A stretch of DNA of 64,000 bases, taken from positions 1 through 64,000 of the forward strand of contig CDMY01000467.1 of assembly GCA_001179505.1 (NCBI GenBank). Direction: 5' to 3'. Shown here one piece after another: positions 21,401 through 30,682 of this stretch. The first letter of the stretch is position 1. Every line of letters starts with the position of its first letter. Both the position numbers and the translations under genes were made by a program. Below the pieces are notes generated by a model, which saw nothing but the letters and a program-made list of their open reading frames with translations, searched no databases and was not told the DNA's origin. This stretch comes from Vitrella brassicaformis CCMP3155. Lineage: Eukaryota; Protista; Chromerida.

Positions 21401-22316
21401 GGTCTAAACCGTAGCATCTTTGACAGACTAGTCCGTCACACGAAAAAGGAGACAAAAACTTTAAACGATGAATCTTTTTCTGTATCAAGAACTGGAGCGC
21501 GTGGCTGTTGATAACTTCTCCCTTGGATACGACTACAGCTTGGGTTCCTGGTAAACACAAGTCTTCGCTAGTGTAGCGACCTTCTATAGACAGAGCATCA
21601 TACACTTGCAATTGGCCTGTTACGGATACATTGATACCCACAGGCTGTTCTATGGGCACGGGGCTAGTGCACTGGCGTTCTCTAATAGTTAATTTCTGTG
21701 TAGCCTCTACCATTTTTCGTGTCAAGTGTCCCGACTCGGCGGTTCTAAGAGCAGTGTCGATTATTCCTTTTCGAGCTCCATAACAAGACAAAAAATATTC
21801 ATGAACCCTTAAACCATAACCTAATCCCTCAGTAATGGGCAAACTGCAAAGCTGCCCCTGTGAATTGGATACGAAACCTCGAAAGCCTACCAGTTGTCGA
21901 ACCTGTGACCAATTTCCCCTTGCTCCAGTGCTGGCCAAAAGGTAAAGAGGATTGGGAACGGGGATTAGTGGAGAAAAACTTCTCATGAAAAAATTAAAGG
22001 AAGAGCAGGCACGATTTGTGGAAAGGCCCCCAGAGGAACTCCGCATTCCAGGCCCCGAGCTATATCCTTCCAAGCCGCCAGGCAACAGGTACCGAATATG
22101 TGACTGGCGTGTTTTCGTAAGCGGCAGAACGTAATTGAAGCCCTTAAAGTCTTCTAGATTTAAAGAGATGCCCAGTCGAGAGCCATAGTCGAACCCTAAG
22201 TTCATAAGTTCTTGCAAAAAATACGAAGCACTTTTAATCTTGGCGTGCCAAAAAAACTTTTTCACTGCCGCTGCACAGCGTGACTTATCCAAGGGCACAT
22301 TGATTAGTACCTGCAT
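18426..22316 (-). CDS. rpoC2: RNA polymerase beta'' subunit
   Basis: TGARGNWSQVRQLVGFRG, GARKGIIDTALRTAESGHLTRKM, GEPGTQLVLRTFHTGG, ASSFQETVRVL, GQLIPVGTG. Confidence 0.95.
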   Translation of the reverse strand: MQVLINVPLDKSRCAAAVKKFFWHAKIKSASYFLQELMNLGFDYGSRLGISLNLEDFKGFNYVLPLTKTRQSHIRYLLPGGLEGYSSGPGMRSSSGGLSTNRACSSFNFFMRSFSPLIPVPNPLYLLASTGARGNWSQVRQLVGFRGFVSNSQGQLCSLPITEGLGYGLRVHEYFLSCYGARKGIIDTALRTAESGHLTRKMVEATQKLTIRERQCTSPVPIEQPVGINVSVTGQLQVYDALSIEGRYTSEDLCLPGTQAVVVSKGEVINSHALQFLIQKKIHRLKFLSPFSCDGLVCQRCYGLDRSSGQKIRLGESVGTLAGQAVGEPGTQLVLRTFHTGGVFESYGSSNDLFTPQKHKTQASVSSHLFRPENTLHRMMCFVQVGPNGMRGVRQKTRLSHLNCLHTLDQVAIGRQSGLPTRHSLAATSYVGLKDLSSKLMLSTEKALLSILYQPGLSSHFTEHTSLQTSAWVCASPPLRSFIRHGDWKKWANIESAFSTSAGELKVPEMHFTLAHRKQTGWQPLLINPSLGQTKTSLVSSFPGSFGLCLKSHVSGFGRPSSLAFQKLVSLESFEKGLRSATAFNAIPQVSNVKSYRMFVIDFFTGLLSVKGEWAALDSDHRRNQYLNADPGLGCLLFSGSATSQNRIKWFLSFLNVRPRFNSMFSFEAFRNLMAIRSADQNDLSWTWKTKDASSVFTFSGRMVFGHPGNLSICESSHLSKASKLNSVRTQLWNPVLAGHQFNQWLGCMFSMSSVQDDACSKLNVDYFFLPNSRAKVEASSSAIEHEDALASNLLHTFSHFYTDRVVIAWGCRVLTRLTSYDRNFVRLNERTSSLFLKDAQSVVSVLPSQLLFLGRLKKLKCQSYKSFKILSAAVSNHYKSSCVLSGVTREVRKVTGFLLDRASSVFRWPGEPVTTLSSLSYKEPRKVGRAPRMRGHVNFLIELQKNKLLYGNNPPCPDWLPWAQTLQMFQYMTKQSLGSARDIILGIQTIEGILEIREPGDNMCLADTSGLIGSYWHGHDESVLSRQSQALQSVEHVKTRSCGQTYLLSAPAPRFLSVGWQPRTLYISNQTARRSKIFTVCYGGQPAHTGVVSTNAFIRRIYDHHFVFHGVFIASKLALLVAQQLVSRSLFEQYRFQGISLPTVHFELIARRMASCVRVWAPGQLHCNVGDILPLGLAHIMNTAAINHGYQHCFYKPLVLGISKCILLNTGFLSASSFQETVRVLAQTSVRSSADWCTDLKARVILGQLIPVGTGSRVSPETSVRREGWKSSFHFKDVFSQFRVFNKKQGVFGAQ

Positions 22317-22343
22317 GGTAACTCTTTTGAAAGAAAATCCTGG

Positions 22344-24167
22344 CTATATTTGCCTGAAAGGTCTATTTAATTCACTACCTTCCAATAGAGTTATCAGGCT
22401 TAACATTAATCTTCCTACTGTGGACACCACAAAGTGGAAGGAGGGGTTCTTTAGAGACAGGCTGTGTCTAAACCATACCATGGACTGTCTATTCAGAAGA
22501 TTAGCGTCCAAGCTAGTCCAGAGGTCATCCACAGAGGCGAAATAATGATGGTTAGAGGCATGAACGTAAGGGGCATCACTTCGAAGCACATGAAGCCCCG
22601 TTATCATGTCTTGGGACGGGCTAAGCACTAACTTTCCGTTAGAAATGGAGAAGGATTGATGGTAGGTGTAGAGACGGGACTTAGCTTCTCGTCTGGCTTG
22701 CTTACTTAAAGGAAGAAAAATGCCCATCTGGTCGCCATCAAAATCAGCGTTAAACCCGCTACAGGCCAAGGGGAAAAATTTTATCACTTGTCCCTCGTCC
22801 ACACGGGGAATAAACGCCTGAATATTCATTCTATGAAGAGTAGGAGCTCGATTAAGATAGATGTAAGAGGAGCTACAAAAATGCTGTAACCACTCACGAA
22901 AGTTTCGGGTATGCTGATATTTGCCTTGTGCACTGTCAAACTGTGCTGCATCGGACCATCGACTTTCTCTGCTGAGCCTGCTCGATACGAAAGGGTGAAA
23001 CATTTCAGCCACCACTTCAAAAGGCAGGCCACACGTACCGAAAGATAGATGAGGGGCCCCTACCACCACAGACCTCCCCGAAAAGTCTACTCTTTTGCCT
23101 AATAAATTTTGCCTAAACAAGCCACGTTTCCCTTGAAGGATTGTGACTAAAGAAGTTCGTTTCGGCGCGGGGCTGACGTTGACTAAACGCGCCATTTCTT
23201 CTAAATTTCCAGGGGTAGGAACATGAAGCAAGTTATCAATGCAGCACTGAGCATTGGCCGCTTGAACGGCGTACAAAATCTTAGCAGATTCAGGAAAAAG
23301 TGGTTTTACCACTTTTTCAGATTCAGAGTAATAAGTTCTATAGTGAAGCAATCGATTATTGCGCATGAGGACAGTTCGATAGAGATCATTTAGTTCGGAA
23401 AAGGTCCATTGGTTTTTAATTCTTAGGAATGGGCGTAGTCGTGGTGGTAGCACTGGTAACGTCTGCAAGATCATCCAAGATAACTGGGCGGAACCTACTA
23501 TGAAAAAGTGTAAATTTTTTACGCGACTTAAAGTAGTTTGGCGCTTGCTGGGCGTTTCTCTGGTGAGCAGGGCGTCTCGCAATTCTTTATAGTCATGAAT
23601 CAGATGGGACTGCCCTTCTTTTAGCAAAAAATATAAATGCCGGCCTCCGAAAAGACTCAGCTCTAGCTCTGTGGACTTAGTTCTATGTGTATAGCTAGTA
23701 AAGTCCGTAAAAAATATAAGCCGCTTCAGCTGCTGGGCAGTGAGATTCAGAACGGATCTAATGTAGGTTAAGTATAGTATGTTGGTGGCAGGCTCTACCA
23801 GACAAATGGCCCCCATACGGTACCTTCTAACCCAAGGAGAAGTTACTTCAACTCCGCATACGGAACATAAGGTTGCCTGTCTCGACATCTCAGCGAATTC
23901 TTCGTAGATAAAAACTTTTTCACCGCTCAAGCTCACGTCCCGAGGGGGGCTGCACATGCAACTGTAGGCAGAGACTGGGCCAAAAATACGTTGACAAAAG
24001 AGGCCTCCTAACACTGGCTGGCCCGAATCATCTAGAAGTTTCGGATTGGTTACTTCTCGTAGCCAAAAAGTATAATCTTTAAAACCATAAGAAGCCCAGG
24101 CTTCTACAGTTTTTGGAGAAGCCAGTCCAATTTTTAAGTGAGAACGGGCCTCCATAAGACCTGCCAT
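22344..24167 (-). CDS. rpoC1: RNA polymerase beta' subunit
   Basis: GGLFCQRIFGP, GKRGLFRQNLLGKRVDFSGRS, NRAPTLHR, catalytic NADFDGDQM. Confidence 0.97.
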   Translation of the reverse strand: MAGLMEARSHLKIGLASPKTVEAWASYGFKDYTFWLREVTNPKLLDDSGQPVLGGLFCQRIFGPVSAYSCMCSPPRDVSLSGEKVFIYEEFAEMSRQATLCSVCGVEVTSPWVRRYRMGAICLVEPATNILYLTYIRSVLNLTAQQLKRLIFFTDFTSYTHRTKSTELELSLFGGRHLYFLLKEGQSHLIHDYKELRDALLTRETPSKRQTTLSRVKNLHFFIVGSAQLSWMILQTLPVLPPRLRPFLRIKNQWTFSELNDLYRTVLMRNNRLLHYRTYYSESEKVVKPLFPESAKILYAVQAANAQCCIDNLLHVPTPGNLEEMARLVNVSPAPKRTSLVTILQGKRGLFRQNLLGKRVDFSGRSVVVGAPHLSFGTCGLPFEVVAEMFHPFVSSRLSRESRWSDAAQFDSAQGKYQHTRNFREWLQHFCSSSYIYLNRAPTLHRMNIQAFIPRVDEGQVIKFFPLACSGFNADFDGDQMGIFLPLSKQARREAKSRLYTYHQSFSISNGKLVLSPSQDMITGLHVLRSDAPYVHASNHHYFASVDDLWTSLDANLLNRQSMVWFRHSLSLKNPSFHFVVSTVGRLMLSLITLLEGSELNRPFRQI

Positions 24168-24207
24168 CTAATTCTTTTCCTGTTGACCCAGCTGTAACCT
24201 GAACAAA

Positions 24208-27200
24208 CTAGGTAGAAGTTTCGATGCCCAGAGAATTTAAATGTTTAACTAAAACGTGCCAGCACTCGGGAAACCCCATTTCGGAGGAACGAGGATTTAG
24301 TTGGTCGAAAAAGATGGTCTCGTAGGCAATGTCCCGATACCCAGTGGCATCGGATTTCAACGTTAGCAAATCTCTCAATTCGTAGGCTGCCCCAAACGCC
24401 TCCATAGCCCAAGCTTCCATCTCTCCAAACCTTTGGCCACCCAGTTTCCATTTTCCTCTAACCGGTTGCTGCGTGATCTCGGCATACACTCCTTGCGATC
24501 GAGCGGTAATTTTGTCCTGAACCATGTGAGTCAATTTAAAAATGTAGGATAGTCCCAGCACTGATCCTCCGAATACAGCCCTGCTTGTTCGGCCGTCTCG
24601 GAGCAGGACTTTCCCAGGCACAAAAGGATTAAAGAGGGTCTTATAGTTGCTATATTCCTGTACGCTGTTTAGCTTGTGATAAAGAACATTTCGTTTATGT
24701 CTGATCTCATAGTCGTTCTCCGCGGACACATTGACTTTACACCTAGAGTCTGAAAAAAATCCTGTGAGACCAAACAGAGTCTCCAGAATTTGTCCTACAT
24801 TCATCCTAGACGGCACACCTAAAGGACTCACCAAAATATCTGGAATAAGACCATCTGCCGTATAAGGAAAATCAGCCTGAGGCCAAATTGCAGAGACTAC
24901 CCCTTTATTTCCATGGCGCCCACAAAGCTTATCGCCAGCTTCAATATGCCTGAACTTACCTAAGACACATCGAAACACGGGAAGATCATCCAGACCTAAC
25001 TGCGCGTCCTTCACTAATAACAAAGCAAAATAGAGCAACGATCCGGAGAAAGACCGATCCCCTACAACAGAAGCATTAGAGAACATTAGTTTCGGGTCAT
25101 AACCTAATAAAACAGTCAATAAGGCAGTTAGTGGCTTGCTTAGGAGAGACGGTGTTTCATACTGTGCAATAGAGCGATAGTTGAACCCGACTTTACCAAT
25201 GATCGCCATTTCCCGTTCAACCAAAGATCCTAAAGGAGCTATTCCCACTTGATTCAACAAACAAAGATCTTTAAAATCCACACCAGGTAAAAAACTAGTT
25301 ATCTCTTCGTGCTCTTCAAGCATGACGTCTTTCTGCGCCATGCTCACAGACGTCAGAGTACGCTCATATACTAATCGCTCATTGAGTAATATAGCGTCTT
25401 CATAGGTGTAGCCATACCAAGAGGCATAAGCCACAAACAGATTTTGCCCCAAACAAAGCTCTCCTTCATGCACCCCTTGGTTCTGGGCCAGAAGTTGGCC
25501 AGGAAAAACTCTCTCGCCCTCCCAAACCACTGGATAGTAGTGGCGAATTTGCTTCTGGTTGCTGATAGTAAATGGAAACAAATACCGCAGCTCCCGATTG
25601 AAGCTGTCTCGCATGTAAATAGCATTCTGCGTCACACAAGTAACCACCCCTTCCGTTAAACTGTGTAAGCCATTTCCGTTTAAGCTAGAAAGAAGTGTGT
25701 CCATACCGGTACTAACCACACTTTTTTGAGCCGAAAGAAGTGATACGGCCTGGCGTTGCATGTTAGCTCCCATTAAACATCGTGTTGGATCATCGTGCCA
25801 CAAGAACGGAATAAGATTTACTTGTGGAGCCAGAAAACTAGTTGAGTCAGGACAAAAAAGGCTCACCTTGGTGATCTCCCGAGTTTTGAATTCGTTTCGC
25901 TCTTGCACCACAGCTCGTGGTAAAACTGAAACTTCCGAACGCCGCCATATTAGTGGATGAATAGAAACGGGAGTTTCTTCTAACTCTATCGTATTCACAA
26001 GAGCCACTCGGTCCGTATGACAAGAGCCGCGAGGAGCTAGCCTTACAATGGTTTTGAGCTCGCCTCCCTGACTTCCCCGCGCTAAGGACGCGTATTGGTT
26101 AACGGTGCCCGCGTTTTCGCCATCGATGGTATATAAAGAGCATAATTTCCCGAAGGAACTAGGAGCTACGTCTCTCAATAGGGCGGTTGGGCTAGACCCT
26201 CCGAGAGCTTTCGAGCTGAGCTTATGCAAGTGTACATACTCGGCCAAGACATTGGTTTGATCTAAATACTGTGATAAAGGGTTGACGGTAAGAATCTCAT
26301 AAATTCCATCCATTACCTTTTGGTTCATGGTTTTAAAGGCTTTAGTTAAACTTTCAGGAAGTTCCTCGTCTGTGTCGCAGGTGGTTCGGGAACCTGATGG
26401 ATCTGGTTCAGAGACTAGCAAGTCCCCCGTGCTGAAAACCTGGCTCAAGACAGACTGGATACACTCTAACAAAGCAAAGTTCCAAGTGGAAACGATTCGA
26501 TGGCCCATGTGGTCCGTATTGATGGAGGAACGGCCCCCCACTATGCTATCAAAAAAAACATCCAAAACATGTAGCAAGTCGTACTTGGAGCAGTAGAGTG
26601 CTGTACTATTTTTATCCGAGCTAAGTCGACTCTGGATTTGATTGGTAGGCTGAGCGGGTAAGGTGGCTTTAAGCGGAATGGCTTGACCTCTGACGCCTTT
26701 CGACCTTGAGCGGCTAGCCCGTGTGGTTAAGGAGCCCCGAAAAGGGTAAACAAAGCTATTAGGGCTGAAAATACAATGAACAAAGTAGTGCGCATATTTA
26801 GAGTGATAGGCGATTTGGTTTACATGGATGCCTTGCAGCCTTAGAAACTCCGAAAGGCCAAGCTGGCATCGTTGCAATTTTTGAGTGCTTTTATTCAAAC
26901 TGGTTAACGCAACTCCAGTCCAAACAGTTCCTAAAGTATCTAGCAAGTCATAAAAGAAAACCATCTCACCTAAGCCTGGAAATTTCAAGCGTAAACGATG
27001 ATTGTTCTCTAGATCTGTTTTATAGTCAAACCCCATTCGCTTCATAGACTTTAAAATAAAGGCTCTAGGAATATGGCTGTAGACGATAGACCCTGTCGAT
27101 AACGGAAGTGGGAAACTACCCACACAGTCAGTCAAAGTACGAGAATGTTCAGTGAGTTCGTCGACAACCCTGACAGGTACAAAGACAGAAGCTAGCTGGC

Positions 27201-27417
27201 TTCGAGTAAGCCCCGCTGACTGACTGGGGTCCCATACGCTAGATGATTCCCAACAAACGCGTACATGGAAATTAGCTGGCATAAAACAAATATTCAATTC
27301 GCCGAATTGAAGCTGTGAGGGAAAAACATTAGCGAAACATTCCGATAAAGAGTCTTTAAACCAAAGATTGGGAAGATTATCGGACGTCTCATTCACTCTA
27401 GCATGTTTATACCACAT
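24208..27417 (-). CDS. rpoB: RNA polymerase beta subunit (highly divergent)
   Basis: HDDPTRCLMGANMQRQA, GDKLCGRHGNKG, GVPSRMNVGQ, GGQRFGEMEAWA. Confidence 0.96.
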   Translation of the reverse strand: MWYKHARVNETSDNLPNLWFKDSLSECFANVFPSQLQFGELNICFMPANFHVRVCWESSSVWDPSQSAGLTRSQLASVFVPVRVVDELTEHSRTLTDCVGSFPLPLSTGSIVYSHIPRAFILKSMKRMGFDYKTDLENNHRLRLKFPGLGEMVFFYDLLDTLGTVWTGVALTSLNKSTQKLQRCQLGLSEFLRLQGIHVNQIAYHSKYAHYFVHCIFSPNSFVYPFRGSLTTRASRSRSKGVRGQAIPLKATLPAQPTNQIQSRLSSDKNSTALYCSKYDLLHVLDVFFDSIVGGRSSINTDHMGHRIVSTWNFALLECIQSVLSQVFSTGDLLVSEPDPSGSRTTCDTDEELPESLTKAFKTMNQKVMDGIYEILTVNPLSQYLDQTNVLAEYVHLHKLSSKALGGSSPTALLRDVAPSSFGKLCSLYTIDGENAGTVNQYASLARGSQGGELKTIVRLAPRGSCHTDRVALVNTIELEETPVSIHPLIWRRSEVSVLPRAVVQERNEFKTREITKVSLFCPDSTSFLAPQVNLIPFLWHDDPTRCLMGANMQRQAVSLLSAQKSVVSTGMDTLLSSLNGNGLHSLTEGVVTCVTQNAIYMRDSFNRELRYLFPFTISNQKQIRHYYPVVWEGERVFPGQLLAQNQGVHEGELCLGQNLFVAYASWYGYTYEDAILLNERLVYERTLTSVSMAQKDVMLEEHEEITSFLPGVDFKDLCLLNQVGIAPLGSLVEREMAIIGKVGFNYRSIAQYETPSLLSKPLTALLTVLLGYDPKLMFSNASVVGDRSFSGSLLYFALLLVKDAQLGLDDLPVFRCVLGKFRHIEAGDKLCGRHGNKGVVSAIWPQADFPYTADGLIPDILVSPLGVPSRMNVGQILETLFGLTGFFSDSRCKVNVSAENDYEIRHKRNVLYHKLNSVQEYSNYKTLFNPFVPGKVLLRDGRTSRAVFGGSVLGLSYIFKLTHMVQDKITARSQGVYAEITQQPVRGKWKLGGQRFGEMEAWAMEAFGAAYELRDLLTLKSDATGYRDIAYETIFFDQLNPRSSEMGFPECWHVLVKHLNSLGIETST

Positions 27418-27456
27418 TAGCTTGATGGTCCCACAGAGCTGGAAAGCAAGGAAAAG

Positions 27457-27720
27457 CTATGACTCCTCTTTTTTAGGCGCCTGAAATTCCCACATTTTTA
27501 AGGCTGTGGAAAAAACTTTCTCATAGCTCTGGCGTCTGTAAACGTTTATCTTCTGTCGTCTAGCTTCACGAGTAAAAGTTCTGTTGTTCGTGTGTTGTCT
27601 TAACGAGGAGTGTGTTAATGACTGGGTCCAGTCTGCTCCCATCCCGTGGGAATCGTTCAAGGATTGATAGTGACGTTTAATCATAGCCTTAATGTTTTTA
27701 GTATCCAATTTATTTTTCAT
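27457..27720 (-). CDS. Small basic ORF, possibly a very divergent ribosomal protein S20
   Basis: 87 aa; NIKAMIKRHYQS resembles the S20 N-terminus NIKSAIKR; lies directly upstream of rpoB, where red-lineage plastids carry rps20. Confidence 0.4.
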   Translation of the reverse strand: MKNKLDTKNIKAMIKRHYQSLNDSHGMGADWTQSLTHSSLRQHTNNRTFTREARRQKINVYRRQSYEKVFSTALKMWEFQAPKKEES

Positions 27721-27817
27721 GGACCAGAAAGCGAGCTCAGAGAAAGGTATGTGGTAAATACACTACTAGTTAACTTTTCTAGCTTTGTATCTTTAAGCCC
27801 AGACAGCCCGTAGCCAG

Positions 27818-28162
27818 CTATCTCCGCGAGCCCAGGGTTTTATAAATGTAAGAGTTAGCATGAAAATTCAAAACCATGTCTAAGACTGTTTGGTCATTAA
27901 GAGCGATCCCTTGCCTTTTCTGCTGGCTTTTGAATCGAGAGTAATAAATTCCTTTGGTGCGCAAAAACAAATTTAGAAGCTTAGTACGAGATTTCTTGGT
28001 AACGCGCTTTTTAAGCTTCAAAGCTACGTAAGCAGCCTGGCCTGCGTGGAGCCACTGCTGCCGGATGTTCCGACGCAGCCTGGACCTGGCCAAAACGAAT
28101 CCGCGAGCTGTAGCTAAACGTTTCTTGTGTTTTTCTAACCTTGGAGTAGGAGACTTAACCAT
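27818..28162 (-). CDS. rpl20: 50S ribosomal protein L20
   Basis: ARGFVLARSRL, GIYYSRF, GIALND..L pattern; 114 aa, basic. Confidence 0.85.
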   Translation of the reverse strand: MVKSPTPRLEKHKKRLATARGFVLARSRLRRNIRQQWLHAGQAAYVALKLKKRVTKKSRTKLLNLFLRTKGIYYSRFKSQQKRQGIALNDQTVLDMVLNFHANSYIYKTLGSRR

Positions 28163-28275
28163 GGCTTAGAGTTAAATTAAAGCAGTCCAGCGTCTTTTAG
28201 GGTAAACCCTTCTGTTGTGGCGTCTATCCTTGAACAAGCGCAGCCTATATAAAACAACATTGATGTAATCATGGT

Positions 28276-28363
28276 AGGAGAGAGTGGGATTCGAACCCAC
28301 GGAACCTGTTAAAGTTCTTCTGATTTCAAGTCAGACACGATCGACCACCTCCGCCATCTCTCC
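28276..28363 (-). tRNA. trnS: tRNA-Ser(UGA)
   Basis: GGAGAGA...TCTCTCC; long variable arm; loop CT TGA AA. Confidence 0.93.
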
Positions 28364-28391
28364 ACAACGCCCGCCACCAAGGAGACAGACC

Positions 28392-28649
28392 TTAGTTTTT
28401 CACCAGCTGGCTTTTAAATTTCAGGTATTGAAGTACGGGACGCAAGCTGTTTGAGCTAAACTGAGAGCCTAGTTTGAGATACTTAAGAGTTTGGTTCATG
28501 TGGACAGAAATAGTTGTGCCGTGCATGGGTTGATAATTACCCAGAAAGGCCCTCCCGGCCGAAGATCGAGGATATCTAGACGCTATAGCAACTAAACGAT
28601 AGGCTGGAGAATAGGTTCGGCCCAATCGTTGAAATCTGAGTTTGTGCAT
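28392..28649 (-). CDS. rps16: 30S ribosomal protein S16
   Basis: MHKLRFQRLGRTYSPAYRLVAIASRYPR..G..LGNYQP; start moved to the internal ATG of track ORF 28392..28715. Confidence 0.88.
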   Translation of the reverse strand: MHKLRFQRLGRTYSPAYRLVAIASRYPRSSAGRAFLGNYQPMHGTTISVHMNQTLKYLKLGSQFSSNSLRPVLQYLKFKSQLVKN

Positions 28650-28740
28650 GCTAGAAACAGACAGATTAATTGTACTCGAGATATAATTATACGACATCTT
28701 GAATGGGACAGACAAAAAAGCCTTCGAAAGTTAAATGACC

Positions 28741-28811
28741 AGCGGACAGCGGGAATCGAACCCGCACCATCAGCTTGGAAGGCTGAGGTTCTACCACTAA
28801 ACTACGCCCGC
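28741..28811 (-). tRNA. trnG: tRNA-Gly(UCC)
   Basis: GCGGGCG...TGTCCGC T; loop CT TCC AA. Confidence 0.94.
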
Positions 28812-28841
28812 GACTTCCTGTCACTTTACAGCCTAGAGGAT

Positions 28842-29324
28842 CTAAAGAATGCCTAAACTCAGCGCCTTGTCAATAGGCATCACAGCTCCCATAGCTAATA
28901 ACAGAGATAACCAGAACCCGAAAACAAAAGTCAAAAGACCAACGGGACGTCGCCAAGGGTTTTGACGACTGTTTGCTTCTAGGAACGGTACTAAAATTAG
29001 GCCGGCTGGCACAGCAGCCATAGCTAGAACCCCCAGTAGCTTGTCTGGCAGCACTCGAAGCAGATTAAATGTTGGGAAAAAGTACCACTCCGGAAGAATT
29101 TCTAGTGGAGTCGCGAAAGGATCCGCTCGTTCGCCAATTTCAGAAGGCTCTAAAACTGCTAAACATACACATACTCCTAACGTGCCTAAGATAACAACAG
29201 GGAACATATAAAGCAGGTCATTAGGCCACGCAGGCTCCCCAAAACTGCTATACCCCATGCCTTTAGAAAGTTTGCGCAGAAACTTTACATCCGTGAAATC
29301 TGGTTGCTTGTTAAGTTTTTTCAT
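28842..29324 (-). CDS. petD: Cytochrome b6f subunit IV
   Basis: KGMG...[35 protein letters not shown]. Confidence 0.98.
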   Translation of the reverse strand: MKKLNKQPDFTDVKFLRKLSKGMGYSSFGEPAWPNDLLYMFPVVILGTLGVCVCLAVLEPSEIGERADPFATPLEILPEWYFFPTFNLLRVLPDKLLGVLAMAAVPAGLILVPFLEANSRQNPWRRPVGLLTFVFGFWLSLLLAMGAVMPIDKALSLGIL

Positions 29325-29372
29325 AGACTCTTCGAGACATACTTCACTGAGTAGCAATCTGAACTTTCCGTG

Positions 29373-29783
29373 CTAACTATTTTTAACCTCTAGATCCACT
29401 GCAGAAGACAGAAATAGATGTGAACTGAAGCTCTGTTCGCCCAGTAGCCTAACGGCCTGGCTAGATAAAGAGGCATGCACTAAGATAGCCTTCAGACCAT
29501 ACCTAAACTTGCTAGCCACAAAAGCAGAAATCTCGTCCCACCCATCTTTAAGCGCCAACAAAGATCTGTTGTAAGGAGTAAACATCAAAGTTCGAACAAA
29601 AGACTGGTTTCTAGTGAAAGAGGCTTTGCTGATTAAAACCACTTTCCCATATATAAATTCTCCCAGCAACAAAGTTAGAGCAGTTCCTAGCAAGGTGCAA
29701 TCAAAATCGAACAGCCCCAAGGTCGAAGTGTCTAGAACAGCCAGAAAATGCCCCATGGCAAGCCGTTGCCTTGTGAAGACCAT
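29373..29783 (-). CDS. atpG: Probable divergent ATP synthase CF0 subunit II (b')
   Basis: LGLFDFDCTLLGTALTLLL matches the AtpG signature GLFDF[DN]ATLPLMA followed by one TM helix; the downstream coiled-coil region is degenerate. Confidence 0.6.
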   Translation of the reverse strand: MVFTRQRLAMGHFLAVLDTSTLGLFDFDCTLLGTALTLLLGEFIYGKVVLISKASFTRNQSFVRTLMFTPYNRSLLALKDGWDEISAFVASKFRYGLKAILVHASLSSQAVRLLGEQSFSSHLFLSSAVDLEVKNS

Positions 29784-29818
29784 GTTCTTCTCACCAAAAC
29801 AGGACTGTTATTCAGGAC

Positions 29819-30682
29819 TTACATGCTCCAAAGCTGAACGCGCTCGTACTGTTTTTTCTTCAAAACCAGAAAAATTTGGGCCAAGGTTATGCCCACACAA
29901 AATATGAACAGCCCCACTAAACGATTTTTCTTCTGGAGCACGATACCAGCTTCTGATTGCCCAAAGCCTCCTATATTCGGATCTAGTGTAAGAGGCTGGT
30001 CAACTTTCACTAGCTGTCCCTTAGACACTGCTAGATCGATGCCCCGAGGCACCTTTTGTGTCAACGTATCTCCACTGCCAGTTTTTAAGCTTATGACACA
30101 CTCACCGTTAGGCTTTCGCTGAACATCAGTAATCTCCCCATTGGCTGGAGCAGTAACCAAGTTGTTGTTGGTTTTGTCCCCGTTAGGATTCACTTGACCA
30201 CGACCGCGATTGGCTCCTACGTAAATGGTGTATTTTTGCCCCAGTGCGTCGTCTGAAGGCGACACAACAGGGAAGTAGAGTTCACGGTTGGCTTCTCCGT
30301 AGACCGGCCCCACAACTAAAATGTTATCCGCCTCTGGCCCATATGGAATGACAGAGTTTGAAAAACGTGCATCCTTTGGTGTACGGTCGGCGGGCGCCAG
30401 CTTAAAACCTTCCGGCAAAATAACCACGGCACCTACGCCTACAGGCCCTTTCGACCCATCGCCCAACAGCTGTTCTGCGTTTTGGGGATAAGGAACCGTA
30501 ACTTTCACTGCGAAGCTAGAGTCTGGAAAAACCGCCTGTACAGTCTCCACTTCTACGGGCTTGGCAGCTAGGTGACAGTTGGCGCACACGATTCGTCCAT
30601 TAGCTTCGCGTGGATTGGCGTAAGCTTGTTGTGCATAAATAGGAAATGACAAGTCAAAGTTCACACTCATGGTCATAGCCAA
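29819..30682 (-). CDS. petA: Apocytochrome f with only a 10-12 aa leader
   Basis: FPIYAQQAYANPREANGRIVCANCHLA, GNRGRGQ-like ANRGRGQ, NIGGFGQSE, C-terminal TM plus LKKKQYE. Confidence 0.97.
   Translation of the reverse strand: MAMTMSVNFDLSFPIYAQQAYANPREANGRIVCANCHLAAKPVEVETVQAVFPDSSFAVKVTVPYPQNAEQLLGDGSKGPVGVGAVVILPEGFKLAPADRTPKDARFSNSVIPYGPEADNILVVGPVYGEANRELYFPVVSPSDDALGQKYTIYVGANRGRGQVNPNGDKTNNNLVTAPANGEITDVQRKPNGECVISLKTGSGDTLTQKVPRGIDLAVSKGQLVKVDQPLTLDPNIGGFGQSEAGIVLQKKNRLVGLFIFCVGITLAQIFLVLKKKQYERVQLWSM

Noticed and set aside
28165-28270. Basic peptide YRLRLFKDRRHNRRVYPKRR upstream of rpl20, where rpl35 usually lies
   Set aside because: No start codon and no L35 signature; too short to support even a pseudogene call.
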